64,000 bases of DNA, taken from the NCBI RefSeq assembly GCF_963921235.1, contig NC_086097.1:73658001-73722000 (forward strand), given 5' to 3'. Numbering within the stretch: position 1 is the first letter of the stretch; each line of letters opens with the position of its first letter. Positions 55,703 through 64,000 of the stretch are shown one piece after another. Below the pieces are notes generated by a model. The model was given only the letters and a program-made list of their open reading frames with translations. It was not told the origin of the DNA and did no database searches. This DNA comes from Mobula hypostoma (lineage: Eukaryota). The position numbers and the translations under genes are program-made.

Positions 55703-56718
55703 GTTGGTCTGAAGCTTGGTAGACTGGATCTGACTGAATTCCAAGTACTGCAGTAAGGAAAACAGAAAATTTTAATGCATATGAAATGCACTTGACACTA
55801 AATAATGACATGAATATCAAATCTTATACAAGTTATTATTATTCCTATAGGTAATGGAAGATACGTTTCTGAATGACCCATTCACTCACTAGTTTACACT
55901 GCCATTACTTTTCCCATAATTATTTTATTTAATTTAATAATTTATTTTTCCACAATATGTATAATGTCAACAGAACAGTAATATTTGAAGTTAAGATTTA
56001 TTTACTGATTCAAATCCTCCTACAAGGAACTGACCTGTGCATTTTCTTTGTTATATTTTCAATAGACCAGTAGCTATCTTTTATGTATTATACATGCAAA
56101 ACAAAGTAACTTGGTTTGGAATCTTGTCCAGGGAAGTTCTGTGATATCACATACATCATAATGTAAATTAACTCTACCACTTTCTCCAAGTAGCACCCCT
56201 GGAATCCTATGTGCTACTCTTGCTGAAATTACAATGACCAAATTGAAAATTATAATGTCATTAATTCACTATCATACTTAGTGATGCATTCACTTGATTA
56301 AGGAGAATATTTTGTAAAAGAAATCAAAATAAGATAAAAGGCTGACACCTTGCAGCCATGGCAAATGAGGAGAAAATACTTGTGGACTCGCGGAAAACAT
56401 TTAAAGTTCTTGAATCATTTTGTTCCACTCCCATCTCCATTCTGAAATTAGTTTGTTCTTTTATCATATCACCTATTTTCAGCCTTGCTGAATGACCTGA
56501 CTTTCATCATGCGTATTACTCTCAAGTTGGATCTACAAAACCCATTTAAATTTCTTCCACAAGCTTTAATATACAATTCAACTATGCATAGTAGTCTTTT
56601 CTATAAAGATAGCCAATAAAATCTCACATTCTAATTTAAGAAAAATCCAGCGTCCGAACTTCTTACAGTATAGAATCTATATTATTGAGGATCTAAGTGT
56701 AAGTTGCTAAGAATTTAC

Positions 56719-56830
56719 CTTTGACTAAATAATATACGAAAGATTCCAATGTCGCAATAGAGGTGGGGTTCCTTTGATGAAACTATGAAGTCAGTTCCTT
56801 CCTGATAATTTAATGACGGAAATTGAGACA
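56719..56830 (-). other. Probable non-coding 5' UTR exon of the 72-aa protein gene
   Basis: Acceptor gattttttttcactgcag-like tract ending at 56831; donor AAG|gtaaat; no ATG inside. Confidence 0.45.
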
Positions 56831-57275
56831 CTGCAGTGAAAAAAATCAACTAAAAGTAGAAGTAACACAACTTTACTGAAAGAGTTGGCTAATATACTGC
56901 TAACACTCGTGGCAATTTACAACTGAATCAAAAATATAATTATATCCGAGTCAGGATGTCACAGTAACAAAGTGACACAACAGCCTGACATCACAAAGCA
57001 AAATAAGAACATTTCTACAGACTATACACATACCTCTCAATGTTTTTTCGGCTGAAAAGTGAGCAAATATCATATATATCTTACAATTCTAAACCTGGAT
57101 TACTACACCTCCCCCCCACCCCCATTGATTTGCTTGGATGAAAGCAGTGAAAATGCCAGCGAAAGATCTTTTCCAAACAGATATCATAGTTTATGTGGGT
57201 TGGATAATAATTTAAAATTGTTCAAATCGCATCAACTATAACTTGGCAAATATAAAGCAGCTTACAAACACTCAC

Positions 57276-57450
57276 CAAGATGCTGGCAGAGGCTTGATCG
57301 GACAGACGTGGATTTTATGTCGCAGGCAATATAAGGAAGTGCAACTAAAAGCTTAGGCAAATATGTCGATTTCAAAGAGGTTTCTGAAGGAGAAGGGAGT
57401 GGAGAGGAAGTGACATTTGTTAAAGAAAACTCGTGTCGTGTCATGTAAAC
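57276..57450 (-). other. Probable first exon of the 72-aa protein gene (5' end uncertain)
   Basis: Donor TTG|gtgagt at 57276/57275; modest CpG enrichment; next to a long polypurine tract. Confidence 0.4.
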
Positions 57451-57464
57451 ATGCTAATGAAGGG

Positions 57465-57940
57465 ACGGGCGAGAGAAGGGAGAGGGTGGGCAGAAGCAAG
57501 ACAGACTGAGGCTGGGGGAAAGAGGGGGAAGAGGCGAGAGTAGGGATTAAGGAGGGTAAGAGATGGGGTTGAGGGAGAGGAGGAGAGACAGAAGGAGAGG
57601 AAGAAGAGAGGTGGGAGAAAGGGGGGAGAAGGCAGAGAGGAGGGAGAAGGTGGGAGAGAGGGGGTAAGATTGGGGGAGTGTGAGAGGTGGGAGTTGGGTT
57701 AGAGGAGGGTGGAGTGAGGGAAGGTGGAGAGGGAGAGGGGAGAGGGAAGGTAGGTAGATGGTGAGAGGGGAAGAGTGAGGGGGAAGAGAGGGGGAAAGGG
57801 CAGGGGAGGGAAGAGGGTGGAAGGAAGGAGAGGGGGAGAAGAGCAATGGGGAGAGACAGAGATTTAAGAGAGAGACAGATGGGAGGAGAGTAGAGAGATG
57901 GGGGGTAGAGAGAAAGGGAGAGATAGGGACAGAAACAGAA
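57465..57940. repeat. About 475-bp polypurine/polypyrimidine (GA-rich) low-complexity tract
   Basis: Plus strand almost entirely G and A, with many G3-G5 runs. Confidence 0.9.
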
Positions 57941-58984
57941 TAATTGAGAAACATTATTAATTATGGTACCGATTGTTTCAATTTGACAGTAAGAAAATAT
58001 GACTAGTAACAGTTAAGAATATTGTACTGGAAATTCAGACCAAGGGGACAGTAAGTATTAATGTCACATAAATTGTGACAAAACTTTTAACATTAAGGTG
58101 CAAATATGGGTTATGTTATTTACGTGCACAAAAAATATGAATTTCCAGGCGTTAACTGAAAGAAAACTAAGGTCAGAATTAGGGTGTGGAGTATGTCGGC
58201 AGGGGTGGTAGTGTGAATCATATGAGCTGATAGCAGCTGTAAAGTAGGGAAAGTGATTAGAAGGGCTTTCTGTAAATGCTGCTTGACCTGCTCAGTTCCT
58301 CCAGCATTTTGTTAGATAGGCTACATAGTGTATAAGAAGAAGTCAGTCATAAACAGTAAGGAATTAAGAAGATTCTCAGAAGCACTTACTTCATTTGAAA
58401 GTAAAAGAAAAATTGAAGGTCACTGTGGAATGAAAGCAGAAACGGCATGAAATGAATATTGGATATGAACATATTGTACTTTACAAATGTAGGTTGAAGT
58501 GAGATTATTGAGCTATGTTTTTTTGAAGTATGGAAAACAGATGTAATTGTAGGGAGCAAGTTGGTTTTGATATTAAAAAAAAGTGGATAAGCAATGAGAT
58601 GAGCCCTGGTGGCATGAATCCAAGTTTGTTTTAGTCAAAGATGAGAGAGAAGACACAAGCCTCAATCCTTCTTAGAGGAGCAAAGAACTCTATGAAACAA
58701 GATGATAATAGCTGTACTTAAGAAGGTTAATCTAGGTATTGAAACCTCAGTCAATTGAGGACAAACTCAGAAGATCATACTAATTGGCATTTGGAAGTGC
58801 ACAGAATCACTGGTTTGCATAAGATAAAGGCAAACAGTACTTGACAGATGAGATTCTTTCACAAAATGTATTATTAAAGCTATTTGTAAGGGGAAAAAGT
58901 GATGTAGTTCCCTTGATTTACAAACATTCTATTTATGAACTTTTCCTCAAGCACACAGACACTTTAGAGCTGTGTGACCTTAAC

Positions 58985-59473
58985 CAGAGCTGTGTTCAGT
59001 TCTGGTCACCTCATTACAGGTAGGATGTGGATGCTATAGAGAGTGTAGAGGAGATTTACAAGGATGTTGCCTGGATTGGAGAGTGTGCCTGATGAGAATA
59101 GGTTGAGTGAACTTGGCCTTTTCTCCTTGGAGTGACGGAGGATGAGAGGTGACCTGATCAAGGTGTATAAGATAATGAGAGACATTGATCGTGTGGATAG
59201 CCAGAGGCTTTTTCCCAGGGCTGAAATGGCTAACACGAGGGAGCTCAGTTTTAAGGTGCTTGGAAGTAGGTACAAGGGGGATGTCGGAGATAAGCTTTCA
59301 CTGCCAGCAAAGGTGGTAGAGGTGGACACAATAGGGTCTTTTCAGAGACTCTTAGAAAAATAGAGGGCTATGCGGTAGAGAAATTCTAGGCAGTTTCTAG
59401 AGTAGGTTACATGGTTGGCACAACATAAAGGGCGTAAGGGCCTGTAATGTGCTGTACATTGTCTATGTTCTAT
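58985..59473 (+). mobile_element. CR1 3' fragment
   Basis: CVQFWSPHYR, RGDLIKVYKIM; CR1 tail. Confidence 0.82.
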
Positions 59474-60149
59474 ATTTTTTTGTGTTTACAGCTCAACTTA
59501 CATTAACAAACTATTGTGTACCACTCTCCATTCATGGTGCATTTTGCTCAGCCTTCTCGTTTTACTATTTACCATTTAATATAACATTTTCCAAAAAGGG
59601 ATCCTGCAAATGAATTGTCAGAAGGCATATATTGTCCATTGTTTGAAGCAGATACATCAAATGCGTGAATATTTGTAATAAAAACAATAAGATTAGATAA
59701 AATATTAAATTAATTGGGCCATTCCTTCCCTATCATTTTGTAAGATCACAGCTGATCTGATGGTAACCTCAGTCTGCACTCCAGTCTATTGGTGGTGATT
59801 TTACAACCCCAAAATTATTCAGAGTCTGTCTTCCCCTGCCTTAAGCACTGCTTCCTTGGGTATTAAAAGAAACAACTATTGAGTAAATGATGCATTCAGT
59901 CTAGTAAACATTTGAACTGCAATACATTAACATCCATCCTTAAATTAAAAAAAGTCTAATATTATGCACTTCTGAGCAAACATCATTCTGTTAATTTGCT
60001 GCCCTTTGCTAATTACTTTCTTGCATAATAGCTTTTTGTGAATGATGCACTTGATCCCTCTGCACCTCAGTGTTCTGCAATCCCTCATCATTTAAACAGT
60101 GTACTTTGTTAGTTTTCCTGTCGGAGTGGACAATTTCACATTGTCACAT

Positions 60150-60930
60150 TCATACAGATCAATTCGTTACAACAGTGCTTTGAGGTAGTAAAAGGTAAAA
60201 TAATAACAGTGCACAATAAAGTGTTAGAGGCATGGAGAAAGCGTGGTGCAGGTAAGCAATAGATTAAAGGTCATGACGAGACTGAGAAGTCAAGAATCCG
60301 TCTTTTTTTGACTAGAGAACCATATATTAGTGGGAAATTAGTCTCATATTAGTGGGAAAGAAGCTGACCTTGAGCCTGCTGGACAAGCTGTCAAACTTTT
60401 TAATCTTCTGCTTGGTGGGAAAGGGGAGAAAAGAGCCTGCTGCACCATGCCAGTGAGGAGTGTAGTCATGGTCCATGGAGAGGAAGCTGGTTTCCATGAT
60501 CTGCGGGTCCTGTCCACAAATCTCTGCATTTCTTGCAGTTGCCAGATCAAGCCGTGATGCCTATGAATAGGATGCTTTCTGTGCTGCGCCAGAGTGGTGA
60601 ATCCGTGGAATTTGTTGCTACAGGCAGCTGTGGAGGCCAAATCATTAAGTATATTTAAGACAGAGGTTGATAGATTCTTGATTGGTCAGGGCAAGATTGA
60701 GGCTGAGAGAAAAACTGGATCAGTCATGATTAAATGGTGGAGCAGACTCAATGGGCCAAATGGCCAAATACTGCTTCTATATCTTATGGTCTTCTAAAAG
60801 TTGGTGAGGGTCAAAATCAGAAATAGAATTAGCTATAATATCACTGGCATATGTTGTGAAATTTGTTGTTGTGCAGCAGCAGAACATTATAACACAATAA
60901 TAAAACTGTGTATTATTGCAAGTATATATA
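60150..60930. mobile_element. Mixed LINE remnants: Rex1/Babar (minus), CR1 tail 60590-60795 (plus), Rex tail
   Basis: LFSPFPPSRRLKS; VNPWNLL..AAVEAKSLSIFK.EVDRFL. Confidence 0.6.
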
Positions 60931-61374
60931 GCTGATTATGCTAACTGGGTTGGCCCTGGAGCCCAGCAACAAGGTCAACTGTGGCATGAGCTTCCTTAAT
61001 GATCGGGTGGATTGGCTAGGGAGAACTTAACATTCTTGCAGACCTACATTTGCTGTTCAAATAAATGTGTTCATAATCATTGCCCCAGCTGTAACCTGAA
61101 GTTTCCTAGCTATGGATATGCTAGGGAACTTCCACAAATTCTTCGTTCAGTATTGGGCAACGTCGAGTTGAGCCATTGAGTGTAGCTGGAAACTGCTTGC
61201 AGTTACCAGGCAGCAAATTTCAGGACTTGCACTTCTTTCTTTGTTCTGAACTTTTGAGCACTATTTGGAAAACTCATCTCACTGGAAGTATTCAGGGTTA
61301 TGAATAAACTAACAACATACATCAAAGTTGCTGGTGAACGCAGCAGGCCAAGCAGCATCTGTAGGAAGAGGTGC

Positions 61375-61410
61375 AGTCGATGTTTCAGGCCGAGACCCTT
61401 CGTCAGGACT
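61375..61410 (-). ncRNA. Minimal hammerhead motif (AUC variant), left arm of palindrome
   Basis: Reverse complement reads AGTC-CTGACGA-AGGGTCTCGGCCT-GAAA-C-ATC-GACT. Confidence 0.6.
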
Positions 61411-61420
61411 AACTGAAGGA

Positions 61421-61456
61421 AGTCCTGACGAAGGGTCTCGGCCTGAAACGTCGACT
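61421..61456 (+). ncRNA. Minimal type-I hammerhead ribozyme (intact core), right arm of palindrome
   Basis: AGTC-CTGACGA-AGGGTCTCGGCCT-GAAA-C-GTC-GACT; predicted cleavage after 61452. Confidence 0.75.
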
Positions 61457-62744
61457 GCACCTCTTCCTACAGATGCTGCCTGGCCTGCTGCGTTCACCAG
61501 CAACTTTGATATATGTTGCTTGAATTTCCAGCATCTGCAGAATTCCTGTTGTTTGCGTTATGAATAAACTCCTGGGTTTGTGTGCTCCCTTGATTAGGCA
61601 TATCTGAACTGCTTTGAGCTTGGTTATTGAGTGATGGAAGCAGAAAGCCAAGGCCTACTGTAGCAAGTAGATCATATCAACAATACAGAAAGTCATAGCT
61701 CATCATATTCAGAGTGCTGGTAGTAGACAGCTGGCAACTTTCACTATTCTTTGTAAGAAATGATTTTATTCATTCAAAAGATTCTGGGCATTACTCTTTG
61801 GATAACTCTTTCCTCCATGGAGAATTGGGATTTCTGGTAATCTCTCCAATACACAGAAATTTATAGTCTAGTAGCATCTTTTCAATCTGTGAAATATCCA
61901 TGAAAAGTATTTTAAATGAAACTTATCTCCCTATTTGCAGTATCTATTAATTAATCTCAGTGTTCTGTAAATGTTATTGCAGCTGATAATCATAACTAAT
62001 TATTACAAAAAACTAAAAAAAATCATTTAAAATAGAGCAAAAATGCCATCCAGTTCATTATCTTTACCTAAATTGTTACTAAAGTAAACTCAATTGATGA
62101 TTAGAGTGTTATTTTTTAATGGGCTGGAATTGCAGGGACATGAAAGACAAGATTCTCATTGCTGATTATTTTAACAGTGGAAATCTAGCAGCAACCTCCA
62201 GAGTGTACACAACACATGCGGTTAAAAACCAGAGTTACACCTGTGATTTTCTCCTTCTCAGCAAACTGGTTTCAAGAGATTAGTGCACTATAGGGAACTT
62301 AATGTGTGGGGAGCAAACAAGATTGCACCCAAAAACTGTGCACAATGAGGGAGGAATACTTATGATATATATATAACCTGTATTTATTTGAGCTCATGCA
62401 CAAATGTAAGCTGTTTACTCACTTTAATGATTTCATCATCTTTGTGTCACCACACTGTCACATTGTCAAGTTTGCTAGAAGCTGGCATCAATTCAAGCTA
62501 TTTTGCCAGGATGCACTTATTAGGGAAGTGCATAATGGTCATATCTGGAAGTGACTGAGACTGAAATTGAAATATTATCTTAAAAAATGAAAATAACTAA
62601 CATTTGTTAAATGATTATGCACAAAAATGTTAAAATTTAAGGTCTAAATCATTGCCATGACAACTAAAATGCAAACATCGCAAAGGAACTGTCTCATTTA
62701 AATTGAACAAGAGTTAATTAAGAAAATAACTACACCATAAGGCA

Positions 62745-63708
62745 ATAAGACATAGGAGCAGAATTAGGCCATTTGGCCCGTCGAGTCTGTTCCACCATTC
62801 AATCATGGCTGATCCTATTTTCCCCTCCTCAACCCCTCTGCCTGACCTTTTCCCCACAACCTTCGATGCTATGTCCAATCAAGAACTTATCAAGCTCTGC
62901 CTTAAATACACCCAACAACCCGGCCTCCACAGCTGCCTGTGGGAATAAGGTCCACAAATTCACTTCCCTCCGGCTAAAGGAATTTCTCTACATCTGTTTT
63001 CAATGGACACCCCTCTATCCTGAGACTGTGCCCTCTTGTCCTAGACTCTCCCACCATGGGAAACATTCTTTCCACATCTACTCTGTCTAGGCCTTTCAAC
63101 ATTCAAAAAGGTTTCAATGAGATCCCCCCTCATTCTTCTAAATTCCAGTGAGTACTGACCCAGAGCCATCAAAGGTTCCTCGTATGATAACCCTTTCATC
63201 CCCAGAATCATCCTTGTGAACCTCCTCTGAACTCTCTCCAATGCCAGCACATCTTTTCTTAGATGAGGAGCCCAAAACTGTTGACAATACTCAAGGTGAG
63301 GCTTCACCAGTGCCTCATAAAGCCTCAGCATCACATTCCTGCTCTTGTATTCTCGACCTCTTGAAATGAATGCTACCAATGCTACTGTTGCACTTGCCAT
63401 CCTCACCACCAACTCAGCTTGCAAGTTAACGTTTAGGCTGTTCTGCACAACGACTCCCAAGTTCTTTTGCATCTCAGATCTTTGGATTTTCTCCCCATTT
63501 AGAAAATAGTCTGCACATTTATTTCTACTACCAAAGTGCATGACCATGCATTTTCCAACATTGTATTTGATTTGCCACTCTCTTGCCCATTCTCCTAATC
63601 TGTCCAAGTCCTTCTTCAGCCTACCCATTTCCTGAACACTACCTGCCCCTCCACCAATCGTCATATCATCTGCAAACTTGGCACCAAAGCCATCTATTCC
63701 ATTATCTA
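62745..63708 (-). mobile_element. CR1 ORF2 3' fragment with tail
   Basis: DLDRLGEWA..WQ.KYNVGKC, LVKPHLEYC.QFWAP, RGDLIETF. Confidence 0.9.
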
Positions 63709-64000
63709 ATTAAAGCAATGAACTATGTAAGAATGGAATGTTGTCAAGAGGGACTTTAACTTGCACAAAGATTAGCATGTTGTATTTGTTGAAAAGCAAC
63801 ATGACACGTCTGTATTTGGCATGTTATGAGAAATATGGACTGTAGAATGTGTGACTTCCTTAGCCAGCCCATACATTATTGTCGTAGTACAGTGTTAGCT
63901 AATATGATTCCCATACTCTAATCATGCAGCGACTCAGTTCCTGTGAATCAGGGTATGGTGTTCAATGGGTTAAAGTTCAGAATCCCTCCTTTTGAATGGT

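Larger units (their letters stand above)
61311..61556. mobile_element. Palindromic mini Penelope-like insertion (inverted terminal repeats only) with 14-bp TSD
   Basis: Arms 61313-61410 and 61421-61518 (3 mismatches in 98); GTTATGAATAAACT duplicated at 61297-61310 and 61557-61570. Confidence 0.85.

Noticed and set aside
55703..55744. 14-aa N-terminal extension in the ORF track (TTG start)
   Set aside because: The non-ATG start lies 3 nt inside the exon; the ATG at 55702 aligns with the paralogue's ATG.
57547..57954. 135-aa Leu/Pro/Ser-rich ORF
   Set aside because: Artefact of the stop-poor polypyrimidine strand.
60324..60359. 14-bp direct repeat ATATTAGTGGGAAA
   Set aside because: Local micro-duplication inside a decayed LINE.
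61309..61567. Near-identical ORFs MLVNAAGQAAS... on both strands
   Set aside because: A consequence of the DNA palindrome in a non-coding terminal repeat.

Overview
Eukaryotic, AT-rich vertebrate genomic DNA. The repeat content (CR1, Rex1/Babar, Penelope-like, HE1-like SINEs) suggests a cartilaginous fish, probably a ray; this is inference. The main gene is a complete cardiac alpha-actin (ACTC1-type, 377 aa, minus strand): 6 coding exons at 11672-16751, a non-coding first exon, TATA box and all four CArG boxes. About 38 kb upstream on the same strand is an intact gene for an unannotated 72-aa hydrophobic protein (55484-55702, with probable 5' UTR exons). A frameshifted paralogue of it lies at 37200-37461, and an orphan ~206-codon open frame at 22705-23322. 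The rest is a dense, often nested mosaic of decayed transposons. The Penelope-like terminal repeats carry minimal type-I hammerhead ribozyme motifs. One 246-bp insertion with a 14-bp target-site duplication is an almost perfect 98-bp-arm palindrome with a hammerhead on each strand. No prokaryotic features, CRISPR arrays, rRNA or true tRNA genes were found.
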